Assembly: GCA_963710375.1 (NCBI GenBank)
Contig: CAVPZX010000008.1
Location: forward strand, 265,138-329,137
Length of the DNA stretch: 64,000 nucleotides
Direction: 5' to 3'
DNA from: Nitrospirota bacterium
GTDB lineage: Bacteria; Nitrospirota; Thermodesulfovibrionia; Thermodesulfovibrionales; Dissulfurispiraceae
This document shows, piece by piece, positions 52,047 to 62,595 of this stretch. Numbering within the stretch: the stretch's first letter is position 1; the number at the start of each line of letters is the position of its first letter. The position numbers were made by a program, and so were the translations under genes. A model generated the notes under the pieces. That model saw nothing but the letters and a program-made list of their open reading frames with translations. It was not told the origin of the DNA and made no database searches.

Positions 52047-54007
52047 TGAAGATCGGCATATATTTCTGCAAGTGCGGCACTAATATCACCGACAGAGTGG
52101 ACGCTGACAAGGTGAAGGAAAACATCAGCGTCTCTTCTGGTGAGATACATTTCAAGGCCGTTGATTTCCTCTGCTCAGAAGAGAGCAAGGGATTTCTCGA
52201 ACAGGACATTCGTGAAAACGGTGTAGAGCGTGTAGTCATTTCCGCCTGCTCGCCCCGGGAGCACGAGAGCACTTTTATGCGTGTGCTCTCAAAGGCTGGG
52301 ATCAATCCATATCTGATGCAGATGGTAAATATCCGGGAACAGGTGGCCTGGGTGACAACTGACAGCGAAAAGGCAACCGAGAAGACGTCGCGCTATATCA
52401 ACGCGGCCATCAAGAGGGTCGTGCTGCACGATGCGCTGGAGAACAAAGAAATCGATGCAAGTCCCGATGCCCTGATCATTGGAGCAGGTCCCGCAGGACT
52501 CAAGATTGCACTAAGCCTGGCTGAAGCGGGACGTAAAGTGGTTATTGTGGAGAAGACCCCTGTTATCGGCGGTATGCCGGTGAGGTACGAGGAGATCTTC
52601 CCCAACATGGAATGCGGACCCTGCATGCTCGAACCGGTGATGGGAGATATTCTGCACGGTGAGCATGCAGAGAACATTGAACTGCTCACCATGGCCGAAG
52701 TAAAGGATGTGGTGGGCTCATACGGCAACTTCACAGTTAAGATACGCCAGGCAGCACGCTACTCGGACCCTCATAAATGCATCGGCTGCTACGAATGCAT
52801 CGGGCCCTGTCCGGTCTATGCGAAAAACAGCTTCAATTGCGACCTGAGCGAGCGGAAGGCAATTTCTTTCCCCTTCGCAGGCGCACTGCCCAATGCTCCT
52901 TACATCGACAATGCCCTCTGTCTGCGGATGAAGGGACAGGATTGCCGGCTCTGCAAGGACGCATGCCCGGTGGACGACGCCATTGTTTTTGACGAACAGG
53001 AAAAAATCATCGACAGGACAGTGGGTGCTATTGTTATCGCCATAGGCTCCGACATCTACGACTGCACAAAGATCCCGAACCTGGGCTATGCCGATGTTCC
53101 GGATGTATATACGGGGATTGAGTTCGAGAGGATCATGGCGTCCAATGGTCCCACCGAAGGTGAAATACGGACATCAAAAGGCGTTGCGCCCCGGTCCGTG
53201 GCAATCGTGCACTGCGTGGGAAGTCTCGACAAAAACCACAAAGAGTATTGCTCCGGCATATGCTGCCAGTACGCGTTCAAATTCAGTCATATAATAGAAA
53301 CCAGGCTGCCAGGAACAAAGATATATCATTTTTACAAAGAACTTTCCATTCCCGGCAAGGATGATTTCAGCCTCTATCACCATGCAAAGAACAATCCCGA
53401 CGCCGTTTTCATCCGATACTCGGACATCAGGGACCTGACGGTGAAGGGAAAGAACGGGGAGAACGTTATCGAGTTCAGTGACTCCTCCGGGGAGAAGGGC
53501 CTGGCGACGGCAGACATGGTGGTTCTCTGTCCTGCGGTTGTGCCTTCAAAGGGATCTGACAAACTTGGCCATCTGCTGGAAACGTCCCAGGACAAGGCGG
53601 GTTTCTTCGAAGAGCTTCACGACAGGATGGATTCCGCCCGGAGCAAGATAAAAGGCATTTACCTTGCGGGTTCCTGCCAGTCGCCCATGGACATCCAGAA
53701 GACCATAAACCAGAGCATGGCTGTGGCAGGATATATATTGTCCGGCCTAGTGATGGGAAGGAAGCTTGAGATCAAACCAATCACCGCCGTCATTAATTCC
53801 GATGCGTGTTCCGGCTGCCGTGTATGTTTATCGGTATGCCCGTACAAGGCGATTTCCTTTGATCCATGCAAAAAGGTTTCAGTAATAAACGAAGTCCTTT
53901 GTCAGGGCTGTGGCACCTGTGTGGCAGCCTGCCCGTGTGGAGCTGTCAATGGCAACCACTTCACCAATGAGGAGATTATGGCTGAAATTGAAGGAGTCCT
54001 GGCATAA
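52046..54007 (+). CDS. hdrA: Heterodisulfide reductase subunit A-like flavoprotein
   Basis: CKCGTNI, ACSP, NIREQ, GAGPAG, ECGPC, inserted ferredoxin, HCVGS..YCSGICC, C-terminal 2x[4Fe-4S]. Confidence 0.93.
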   Translation: MKIGIYFCKCGTNITDRVDADKVKENISVSSGEIHFKAVDFLCSEESKGFLEQDIRENGVERVVISACSPREHESTFMRVLSKAGINPYLMQMVNIREQVAWVTTDSEKATEKTSRYINAAIKRVVLHDALENKEIDASPDALIIGAGPAGLKIALSLAEAGRKVVIVEKTPVIGGMPVRYEEIFPNMECGPCMLEPVMGDILHGEHAENIELLTMAEVKDVVGSYGNFTVKIRQAARYSDPHKCIGCYECIGPCPVYAKNSFNCDLSERKAISFPFAGALPNAPYIDNALCLRMKGQDCRLCKDACPVDDAIVFDEQEKIIDRTVGAIVIAIGSDIYDCTKIPNLGYADVPDVYTGIEFERIMASNGPTEGEIRTSKGVAPRSVAIVHCVGSLDKNHKEYCSGICCQYAFKFSHIIETRLPGTKIYHFYKELSIPGKDDFSLYHHAKNNPDAVFIRYSDIRDLTVKGKNGENVIEFSDSSGEKGLATADMVVLCPAVVPSKGSDKLGHLLETSQDKAGFFEELHDRMDSARSKIKGIYLAGSCQSPMDIQKTINQSMAVAGYILSGLVMGRKLEIKPITAVINSDACSGCRVCLSVCPYKAISFDPCKKVSVINEVLCQGCGTCVAACPCGAVNGNHFTNEEIMAEIEGVLA

Positions 54008-54076
54008 CCTCAAAATAGAGAAGCAATAAAGCTGATATAGCTGTGGAACCAATTTTTTTAAAACAGGTGTGCATGC

Positions 54077-54514
54077 ATGGCAATGGATTTTGAGCCGAAA
54101 ATAGTTGGATTTCTCTGCAATTGGTGCTCCTATGCCGGGGCAGATAAAGCAGGAACAGCACAAAACGTTTATCCGCCGAACATCAATGTGGTGAGGGTAA
54201 TGTGCAGTGGCAGGGTCGATCCGCAGTTTGTAATGAAAGCATTCGAAAAAGGTGCGGATGGTGTCTTAATACTGGCATGCCATCCGGGTGACTGCCACTA
54301 TAAGGAAGGCAATTACCGGGCAGCCCGGCGATACCGTATGCTCGGCAGACTGCTGGCCCAGCTAGGGATCGAAGAGGGAAGATACCGGTTTGATTATGTT
54401 TCAGCGGGTGAAGGCGACAAATTCGTTTCAGTGATAACGGATATGGTCAATACGGTGAAAAAATTGGGTCCCCTACGCATGGCGCTTGCTGATACAACAG
54501 CATGCAGCAAATAG
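54077..54514 (+). CDS. mvhD: Hydrogenase iron-sulfur subunit delta
   Basis: FLCNWCSYAGAD, RVMCSGRVDP, CHPGDCHY..GN. Confidence 0.93.
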   Translation: MAMDFEPKIVGFLCNWCSYAGADKAGTAQNVYPPNINVVRVMCSGRVDPQFVMKAFEKGADGVLILACHPGDCHYKEGNYRAARRYRMLGRLLAQLGIEEGRYRFDYVSAGEGDKFVSVITDMVNTVKKLGPLRMALADTTACSK

Positions 54515-54562
54515 TGGTAGGGAAGTTTGCTTGGCATAAATTTTCTCGCAAGGAGGTTCAAG

Positions 54563-54787
54563 ATGGCTGTTCAGGTTCTCGAAGCGAAGGGTCTTAAATG
54601 CCCCCAGCCGACATTGAAGATTACGGCAATGGCGGTAAAGATGAAGCCGGGCGATGTGTTGGAGGCGATTGCAGACTGCCCTACCTTTGAAAAGGATGTG
54701 AGGGACTGGTGCACCCGCACCAAGAAAATCTTGCTCTGGATCAAGGAAGAAGACGGAGGCTCCAAAAGGTGCAGGATCCAGCTCTAG
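54563..54787 (+). CDS. TusA/SirA-family sulfur carrier
   Basis: AKGLKCPQP motif, GDVLE, DVRDWC; AGGAGG RBS. Confidence 0.85.
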   Translation: MAVQVLEAKGLKCPQPTLKITAMAVKMKPGDVLEAIADCPTFEKDVRDWCTRTKKILLWIKEEDGGSKRCRIQL

Positions 54788-54799
54788 CGGTATAGCACA

Positions 54800-55153
54800 G
54801 TGACTGGTCCCGAAGATACCGATAGCGCGGAAACAGAGAAAGGCCTCGAATGGCTGGAGGGAGACAGGAAGCTCCTAAAGGGGATTCAGGTTATTTTTGT
54901 GAAGAACGTGCCGCGGCAAATTGAGAAACTCCGTGATGCCATAGCAACGAAAGACGCCTCTCAGATCGAGTTGCTTTCCCATTCCATAAAGGGCGCAGCA
55001 TCTATGGTGGGGGCTCTTCCGCTCAGGGATAAAGCCGGCAAGGTTGAACGGGCTGCGATGGGAGGAGACTTGGAGATGGTGCGCTTCCATTTCGAAGAGA
55101 TGTCTGAAGAATTAACAAAGGTGCTCACCTCATTGACCGGTACCGGCGCATAG
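54800..55153 (+). CDS. Stand-alone Hpt domain protein
   Basis: SHSIKGAASMVGA motif; GTG start. Confidence 0.8.
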   Translation: MTGPEDTDSAETEKGLEWLEGDRKLLKGIQVIFVKNVPRQIEKLRDAIATKDASQIELLSHSIKGAASMVGALPLRDKAGKVERAAMGGDLEMVRFHFEEMSEELTKVLTSLTGTGA

Positions 55154-55166
55154 TTTTCTTATCGAC

Positions 55167-56396
55167 TCAAGACTGCCTGCGCCCTAGGTCTGGCAGAAAC
55201 GCGGTAAAAATGCCGAGCAACGGCAGATAAGAGCATAAATGATAAACGAATTCGATCCCGGAATTATCGGCGAGTTTGCCGAGTACTGCAGCGCCGATCC
55301 CGGCCATGCCGAAAGCGAGGCCAAAAAAGAGACCTGAAACAGTACCCACCTTGCCCGGAATAAGCTCCTGCGCAAAGACGAGGATGGCCGGGAAGGCAGA
55401 AGAGAGAGTAAACCCGATAACAAAAGCGAGGATGCCGGTCCAGGCCAGGTTTGCATAGGGCAGAGCCAAAGCGAAAGGAGCAGCGCCCAGGATCGATATC
55501 CATATCACCAGCTTTCTTCCGATGCGGTCGCCGATGGGGCCGCCCAAAAGAGTGCCTGTTGCAACTGCGAACAAGAAAGTGAAAAGGTGAATCTGAGCAG
55601 ATTTCACAGGCAGGTGGAAGTGGTGCATCAGGTAAAAAATATAATAGCTGTTAAGACTGGCCAGGTAAAAAAACTTGGAGAACATCAGAACCAACAGAAT
55701 TACCATGCACATAAAAACCTTCCGCGCAGACAAAACCGTCCGGCCTGGCAGAACCGGGAGCTCCGGCGATACCGGGCGCAAGCCTTTATCAGCTGCAACA
55801 ATGTGTGAAGTCAGCTCCTGACGACACTTATACCAGCCGGCCACCTTCCAGAGCACTGCGATAGCGAGCAGAGCAGCGAGTGAGAACCATGCAACGCTGC
55901 CCCGCCCATAGGGGATAACAATCCATGCTGCCATCAGGGGACCCATAGAGGCGCCCATATTGCCTCCTACCTGAAAGATCGACTGCGCCAGCCCGTGCCG
56001 TCCGCCTGATGCCATACGGGCAATGCGCGAGGACTCCGGGTGGAAGATCGATGAACCTGTTCCGACAAGCGCAGCCGCAAGGAGAATTGTACTATAGTTG
56101 GACGCGGTCCCCAGGACCAGAAGCCCGACCAGTGTGCAACCCATTCCAAAGGCCAATGAGTACGGCTTCGGATGACGGTCGGTGTACAATCCGACCATTG
56201 GCTGGAGCATGGAAGCGGTCAGCTGGTAAGTCAGCGTAATCAGCCCGATCTGCGCGAAGCTGAGCTGGAACGCGCCCTTGAGAAGCGGATAGATGGCAAT
56301 GATCAATGACTGGATAGTGTCGTTCAGAAAATGTGAAAAGCTGATCGCGCCAAGCACCTTGAAGACAGTGCGCTGACTAGATTCCGTCACTGACAA
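55167..56396 (-). CDS. fsr: MFS transporter, fosmidomycin-resistance (Fsr) type
   Basis: SHFLND, QPMVGLYTD, FHPESSR, GLAQSIFQVGGN, GDRIGRK. Confidence 0.85.
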   Translation of the reverse strand: MSVTESSQRTVFKVLGAISFSHFLNDTIQSLIIAIYPLLKGAFQLSFAQIGLITLTYQLTASMLQPMVGLYTDRHPKPYSLAFGMGCTLVGLLVLGTASNYSTILLAAALVGTGSSIFHPESSRIARMASGGRHGLAQSIFQVGGNMGASMGPLMAAWIVIPYGRGSVAWFSLAALLAIAVLWKVAGWYKCRQELTSHIVAADKGLRPVSPELPVLPGRTVLSARKVFMCMVILLVLMFSKFFYLASLNSYYIFYLMHHFHLPVKSAQIHLFTFLFAVATGTLLGGPIGDRIGRKLVIWISILGAAPFALALPYANLAWTGILAFVIGFTLSSAFPAILVFAQELIPGKVGTVSGLFFGLAFGMAGIGAAVLGKLADNSGIEFVYHLCSYLPLLGIFTAFLPDLGRRQS

Positions 56397-58053
56397 CTAC
56401 CCGATTGCGGCCTTGATTCTTTGCCTTGTATAAAGCTTCGTCAGCATATTTGATTACGTCGGATGGATTCATCTTTTGGTGGGGTATTAATGCAACTACG
56501 CCGATACTAATTGTAACAAAGCTGCTTACTTTGGATTTCGCATGCAGAATCTTGAGCGCTTCTATATCCGTGCGTATCTTTTCTGCAATGGAAACTGCAT
56601 GCTGCTTATCCGTCATGGATAATACAACAACAAACTCCTCACCGCCAAAACGCGCAACTTTATCTCCGGGCCGTCGTGCCACGCTTTCCAAAACTTCGGC
56701 AACTAACTTAAGGCATGCGTCTCCCTTCAGGTGACCGTAAGTATCATTGTATTTTTTGAAAAAATCCACATCTATCATCATCAGAGAAAGTATATGGCCG
56801 GCCCTTTGCGCATGTCTCAATTGTTCGTCTAAAAATTCATCAAAAGCACGCCGGTTGGCAAGTCCGGTCAATTCATCTATTGTTGATAAACGCTGAAGCA
56901 GCTGTTCCGCTTTCTTGCGCTCGGTAATGTCCCGGGCAATGACAGAAGCCCCGGTAATCCGGCCGCCGTGTTTCACCGGAGATATTGTTAAAGCCACATC
57001 TATCTGGGTCCCATCCTTTTTTCTGCGCACAGTTTCATAGTGGTCTACGACCTGTCCGCTGGAGATGTGTGCACGAAGCGCCGGCCCCTCCTCGCTCCGT
57101 TCAGGCGGGATCAGGATAGAAGCGGGATGATTTATGGCTTCAGCTTTGGTGTAGCCGTAAAGTTTTTTCGCACCATTGTTCCAGCTCATAATGATGCCGT
57201 CCAAAGTTACCCCTATAATGGCGTCATCAGAGAATTCGACAATTGCTGCCAGGTAAGCAATAGTCTCCTCTGCCTTTTTACGCCCGGTCAGGTCGTTAAA
57301 TATGACTATATTGACATCCTGCATCGAAGCCATCCTGAACTCAATATCACGCACAGTCCCGTCTTTACATGTAACTTTCCATTCCTGGGTTTCCGTCTCT
57401 TTTTTATTCTTTATAGCCTTCATTGCGGCCGATTTCCAGCTGTGCATAACCGTTTCCCTATATTGACTGTCGGGGTAAGCTCGGGGCCACCAGTCGTCCA
57501 CAGTGGGAATGTCTTGTAAGGTATATCCGAACGTTTTGATGAACTTGTTGTTAAAGTAAACGAATTTGCCGCTTTTGTCCGCCACCACCATAGCAACAGG
57601 ATTGCGGTCCAGCAGGCGTCTGAAACTGTCTTCATTACTCCTCAAAATGCATTCAGCCTGCTTGCTCTCCGTGATTTCCCTCGAAATTGTCACAATCGTC
57701 TTCACTTTTCCCTCAGTATCAAATTCAGGATAAATGCGCCAGTCAAAGTAATTGCTTCCCTTTCCGGAATCAATTTCGAGCTCCAGGTTCTCCGATTCTC
57801 CTGTTTCAAATACTTTCCGGAAAGACTTCTCTAAGATATTCACTTTCTCCTCCGGAAAACCAACTTCCCCGCATTTTTTTCCGATGAAATCTTCCTGGTT
57901 CAGAGGAAAAGACCGATTGATGCTTTTGTTGACATATAAACAACGATAATCACGATCAAAACGAGCTATAACATCATGGCTGCTTTCCAATAAGGAGCGT
58001 AAATGGAGCCCTGCGATATCCGAATCTTCATATTTGTATTCATCCTGAGACAT
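56377..58053 (-). CDS. Triple-PAS diguanylate cyclase
   Basis: Three PAS domains, DELTGLANRR, RPGD I-site, RFGGEEF. Confidence 0.93.
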   Translation of the reverse strand: MSQDEYKYEDSDIAGLHLRSLLESSHDVIARFDRDYRCLYVNKSINRSFPLNQEDFIGKKCGEVGFPEEKVNILEKSFRKVFETGESENLELEIDSGKGSNYFDWRIYPEFDTEGKVKTIVTISREITESKQAECILRSNEDSFRRLLDRNPVAMVVADKSGKFVYFNNKFIKTFGYTLQDIPTVDDWWPRAYPDSQYRETVMHSWKSAAMKAIKNKKETETQEWKVTCKDGTVRDIEFRMASMQDVNIVIFNDLTGRKKAEETIAYLAAIVEFSDDAIIGVTLDGIIMSWNNGAKKLYGYTKAEAINHPASILIPPERSEEGPALRAHISSGQVVDHYETVRRKKDGTQIDVALTISPVKHGGRITGASVIARDITERKKAEQLLQRLSTIDELTGLANRRAFDEFLDEQLRHAQRAGHILSLMMIDVDFFKKYNDTYGHLKGDACLKLVAEVLESVARRPGDKVARFGGEEFVVVLSMTDKQHAVSIAEKIRTDIEALKILHAKSKVSSFVTISIGVVALIPHQKMNPSDVIKYADEALYKAKNQGRNRVVVSDGI

Positions 58054-58166
58054 TGTATTCTTTTACCCCACAGTGACAACACACTCTAATAATAACCGGT
58101 TTAAACCCTCTTATATTATACATATGCATCAGGTTTTAAAACACCTGATAGGGTATAATTACTCTG

Positions 58167-60155
58167 ATGGGTAAAGTTAAGGATAATGACCAAAAGCAAA
58201 GAGAACTTGAGGATAAATCCCCTGAAGCCGAACGCACGCAGATGAAAATACTTCACAGAGAGGAGAAGGATTTTTACACGAGTATAATCAACGGGACCCC
58301 CGCTATCATTTGCGGAATAGATCCGGACGGAACAACAACCTTCATTAATTCGGCGGGGCTGACAATCACCGGGTACAATGCAGAGGAATTGATCGGGGAA
58401 AACTGGTGGACGATCCTCTACCCCGGTGATGAATATCGGCAAGTAGAGCAATTGTTCCGCAATCTTAAGAACGGTAACATAAGGGATTATGAAATGACGC
58501 TTACAACCCGTGATGGGAAGAAACGGACAATTTCCTGGAATTCCCTGAACAGATTGGATAAGGACGGAAATATCATCCAGATCATCGGCTTCGGTAATGA
58601 CATCACTGACCGCAAACGGGCGGAAGAGGTCTTGCTCAAAAACGACCGACTGCTGCGCAGGGCTGAGGATGTGGCCAAGTTCGGCAACTGGGAATTTCTT
58701 CTGGACGAAAACAAGGTGCTCGCTTCCAAAGGAGCCAGGGATATTTATGGATTGGAGAACGAGGAGTTACGTATATCCGACGTGAAAAACATCCCGCTGC
58801 CGGGGTACCGGCCTATGCTTGACAGGGCGCTGAAAGATCTGATCGAGCTGGGAACGCCCTATAACGTCGAATTTGAGATCTGTCAACCTACCGACGGCAA
58901 AATAATCCATATCCATTCAATAGCAGAATATGATGCGACGGAAAAGGTGGTATTCGGCGTCATACAGGATATTACGGAACGCATGCGGACGGAAAAGGAA
59001 AGAGATGCGCTGCAGGCGCAACTGCTGCAGGCGCAGAAGATGGAATCAGTGGGGCGACTGGCCGGGGGCGTGGCGCATGACTTCAATAACATCCTCACGG
59101 CAATCATTGGCTACTGCAGCATGGCGCAAATCAATCTTAAAGACGATCCGACAACACGGGGCTATATACAAGAGGTGCTTGACGCGGCAACCCGTGCCGA
59201 GGACCTCACGAAAAGGCTGCTTGTCTTCAGCAGGAAACAGGTCATAGAACCTATGCTCGCGGACCTCAACGAGATAGTAAGGAACATCGAAAAAATGCTC
59301 CAAAGGATCATGACAGAGGATATAGAACTCAGTACCGTGCTTAGCGCCGGAGAACTTCCGGTTCTGGTCAACGTAGGTCAGATCGATCAGGTTCTGGTGA
59401 ACCTTGCCGCCAATGCCCGTGATGCCATGCCTGAAGGGGGGCATCTGGTTATACAGACGGATGCGGTTAATGTAAACAGCCGTTATGCTGAAGAACATTT
59501 TTTTGAGAACACTGGAATGTATGCGGTTCTAACGGTATCGGACACCGGAGTCGGCATGGACCAGTGGACGAAGGAAAACATGTTCGAGCCTTTCTTCACC
59601 ACAAAGGAAGTGGGCAAGGGCACGGGGCTGGGGCTTTCCATGGTCTACGGCATAATCGAACAGCACAACGGCAATATCAAAGTATGCAGCGATGCGGGAA
59701 GGGGAACGACATTCAAGATATACCTGCCACTGGCACAGACAAAGAGAAAGACAATACATGAGCCGGTTCAAACTTTGCCCGTAGGTAAAGGGGAGACGAT
59801 AATTCTTGCCGAGGACGAAAGTCAGGTCAGAAAGAGTATGACGTCCATCTTGCAGAAGAACGGTTATAGGATAATAGAGGCCGTAAATGGAGAGGACGCG
59901 GTAAGAAAATTCAAGGAAAATATAGGTGCTGTGTCCCTTGTTCTCCTTGACGTGATAATGCCGTTAAAGAACGGCAGGGAGGCACACGAAGAGATTAAGG
60001 GCATTGACCCTGGTATTAAGACAATATTCATGAGCGGTTACACGGACGATATCATTTCGAAAGATGGGATACTTGAAGAGGGTTTTGATTTTGTCTCAAA
60101 GCCGATCAATCCTGACGCATTGATGCGAAAGATAAGGGATGTATTGGACATGTAG
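58167..60155 (+). CDS. PAS hybrid histidine kinase (CckA-like architecture)
   Basis: Two PAS domains, AHDFNN, NARDAM, FFTTK..GKGTGLGL, C-terminal REC. Confidence 0.93.
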   Translation: MGKVKDNDQKQRELEDKSPEAERTQMKILHREEKDFYTSIINGTPAIICGIDPDGTTTFINSAGLTITGYNAEELIGENWWTILYPGDEYRQVEQLFRNLKNGNIRDYEMTLTTRDGKKRTISWNSLNRLDKDGNIIQIIGFGNDITDRKRAEEVLLKNDRLLRRAEDVAKFGNWEFLLDENKVLASKGARDIYGLENEELRISDVKNIPLPGYRPMLDRALKDLIELGTPYNVEFEICQPTDGKIIHIHSIAEYDATEKVVFGVIQDITERMRTEKERDALQAQLLQAQKMESVGRLAGGVAHDFNNILTAIIGYCSMAQINLKDDPTTRGYIQEVLDAATRAEDLTKRLLVFSRKQVIEPMLADLNEIVRNIEKMLQRIMTEDIELSTVLSAGELPVLVNVGQIDQVLVNLAANARDAMPEGGHLVIQTDAVNVNSRYAEEHFFENTGMYAVLTVSDTGVGMDQWTKENMFEPFFTTKEVGKGTGLGLSMVYGIIEQHNGNIKVCSDAGRGTTFKIYLPLAQTKRKTIHEPVQTLPVGKGETIILAEDESQVRKSMTSILQKNGYRIIEAVNGEDAVRKFKENIGAVSLVLLDVIMPLKNGREAHEEIKGIDPGIKTIFMSGYTDDIISKDGILEEGFDFVSKPINPDALMRKIRDVLDM

Positions 60156-60209
60156 CACAATCGGGTCAGGTCTATTTATTCTTTCCTGAAAATGACCATT
60201 CAACATTCA

Positions 60210-60548
60210 TCAATCACCTGTTATCAATACTCCTATGCTGAAGAATAGGCATCCAATTATTCCGCCACCATAAGAAATCAATAAAGGAGTCCAATTACTC
60301 CACATAATGCCCGCATACCATGGGGTCGCAATAAATGTGACCGGAGCTACTGCGAACCCTATGACAACCCCAGCAAAACCGGATACGTTGCCAATGGTTT
60401 TCAGTGAAAGGATAAAGCCCCAAAATCCAAAAATGGCAAAATCAAGACAACCACAAATCTTAAAAAAGCCGCCTAAAAATTTTCTCACATTTTTGTCCTT
60501 CATAGTCCGGAATACTATCCAGTAATATCTTACTCTCTTTTTTTTCAT
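60210..60548 (-). CDS. Hypothetical membrane protein
   Basis: About 3 Gly-rich hydrophobic segments; start uncertain; AT-rich. Confidence 0.55.
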   Translation of the reverse strand: MKKKRVRYYWIVFRTMKDKNVRKFLGGFFKICGCLDFAIFGFWGFILSLKTIGNVSGFAGVVIGFAVAPVTFIATPWYAGIMWSNWTPLLISYGGGIIGCLFFSIGVLITGD

Positions 60549-60730
60549 AAGGCATCAATTTTTATGTCACTCATTCCCCTGTGCAAAAAAACCTGAAAAC
60601 TCAAACACCTATGGGGTCACATCTATATATCCATGCTCGAATTGCAATGATAGAGTGTTACACTTTGAAGACTTCCTGCGAAAACACCGAAAGCTATGGA
60701 AGTATAAAAAATGGAGATAAGAAAACCGGG

Positions 60731-60739
60731 TGGTATAAT
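60731..60739 (+). promoter_or_regulatory. Extended -10 promoter element
   Basis: TGGTATAAT about 30 bp upstream of the oxidoreductase start. Confidence 0.4.
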
Positions 60740-60771
60740 TATATATAACACTGAAAAAAGGGGGGCGGTTT

Positions 60772-61735
60772 ATGAAGGCAATACGGGTTCATGCTTTTGG
60801 CGATCCTGAGGTCATGCAGAAAGAGGAGGTCCCCGACCCTGCGCCGGGTCCCTCCCAGGTTGTCGTTCGGATATACGCTGCCGGGGTTAATCCTGTTGAT
60901 GCGTATATAAGGGCCGGAATCTACCCTTTAAAACCGGAACTCCCTTACACCCCGGGCATGGACGCATCTGGAGTTATCGAATCAATAGGAGAAAAAGTTA
61001 CCAGGGTATCAGCCGGCGAACGGGTATACGTTGCCGGATCCATCAGCGGCACATATGCTGAAAAAGCGCTCTGTATGGAATCACAGGTACACCGGATTCC
61101 AGCCTCATGTATCGTTTTCCCAGGGTGCGGGAGTAGGTGTCCCGTATTCTACGGCATATTTCGCCCTTTTCTACCGGGCGCATGCAATGCCAGGCGAGAC
61201 AGTGCTTGTCCACGGCGCCAGCGGGGGTGTCGGTATAGCCGCAGTGCAGCTAGCACGCAACGCAGGAATAACTGTTATTGGAACGGGCGGCACCGAACAG
61301 GGACGGGCCCTGGCAGCAGAACAAGGGGCACATTACTCCATCGACCACAAGGCCCCGGACCACATGGAGCAGGTACGTAAAATAACAGGAGGCCGTGGCG
61401 TTGACGTCATTCTCGAAATGTTAGCCAATGTGAACCTCGGCAAGGACCTGGGCGTTTTGGCGTTCGGCGGGAGAGTCGTCATAATCGGCAGCCGCGGCAC
61501 AGTTGAGATAGATCCGCGCGATGCCATGAGGTCCAATGGAACAATATTGGGAATGTCCATCCTGAATGCCCATGAAAACCAGATGCTCAGTATTCATGCT
61601 GCAATCGCTGCCGGCCTCGAAAATAACACCCTGCGTCCGGTAACGGGAAAGGAGTTCTCCTTGTCTGATGCTTCCAAAGCACACCACGAGATCATGGAAA
61701 CGAGCGCCGGCGGTAAAATAGTGCTGATACCATGA
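60772..61735 (+). CDS. NADPH:quinone oxidoreductase (zeta-crystallin/MDR family), split by a +1 frameshift near 61101
   Basis: GVNPVD, PYTPGMD and GTYAE in the first ORF; VHGASGGVG and GKIVLIP in the second; removing one base joins them. Confidence 0.9.
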
Positions 61736-61836
61736 GACGCCAGGTTATGCAACTCACGGGCTCATGGGGATGCCGCATGATTGCCAGTGCTTGTTCGTTG
61801 AATTGCCCTACGTGGAATATGTAAAAAGGAAAGCTC

Positions 61837-62262
61837 TCAGAAAGTAGTGCTTAAAAAAGTGTCCATCACTGTTTTTCTCAGCTCTATTACTTTTTGGAAT
61901 TCTTTTATGAATTGCCTGTACTGTTTTGCGGCCCCATCCTCCATACTTTTCAGGAGCCCACCGCAGAAATACCAATTACATCTGAAAGGACGTAGGGATC
62001 TTTCAATCGCGCAGCCGGTTACTGAAAGAAATTGGCAGCAATCCGTATCGCGGACATCCTTTTTGTAAGCGGGCAGCTCCAGTCCAAGTGCTTGAATGTA
62101 GACGAGATCTGCATAATCGTAATAGCCGTGCCTATTAATACAGCACACATTCCGGCAGTTAGGACAGACTTCAGCCGTATGTTTCTGTATAAAGGCATCA
62201 ATTGTCTCAATAGAATTTTTAAGCAGCACTGCACTATTGAACAGTTTCGATGACTCCATCAT
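61837..62262 (-). CDS. Cysteine-cluster protein (YkgJ/CxxCxxCC-like)
   Basis: CPNCRNVCC, CQFL...GC, RPFRCNWYFC. Confidence 0.65.
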   Translation of the reverse strand: MMESSKLFNSAVLLKNSIETIDAFIQKHTAEVCPNCRNVCCINRHGYYDYADLVYIQALGLELPAYKKDVRDTDCCQFLSVTGCAIERSLRPFRCNWYFCGGLLKSMEDGAAKQYRQFIKEFQKVIELRKTVMDTFLSTTF

Positions 62263-62595
62263 ACATTTCCGCTCAAGAGAAAGTAGCATAATTATAGCAG
62301 AACATTACTAGAAGATTTCGGGCCGTACAACTCCCAGTCTGAGAACCACGGGACCCGTGCAAGTTTCGCCACTTATTCTTGCGGGAAAAAGCTTTAGGTC
62401 CTTTTGAGGTGAAACGGACTTTCGACTTCTCAGAAGTTCGCATTGTCGCTTTTCTGCCACAGGCGAGAGATTTCTTTGGAAAGGGAAAGATTCCCTGTCA
62501 GCTAAAATATTTATTTTTTCACAACGACCTTAAAAATCCAGAGGACTTCTCACCTCTTGACCCAAGAAATGGCCAAAGGGGCAATGAGTTCACAT

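Noticed and set aside
49085..54514. Selenocysteine recoding in Mvh/Hdr subunits
   Set aside because: All ORFs are continuous with Cys at the motif positions; no in-frame TGA.
62300..62595. Possible ncRNA or small ORF (62379..62642) in the intergenic gap
   Set aside because: Only weak, partial complementarity and no recognisable family or RBS; cannot be supported.
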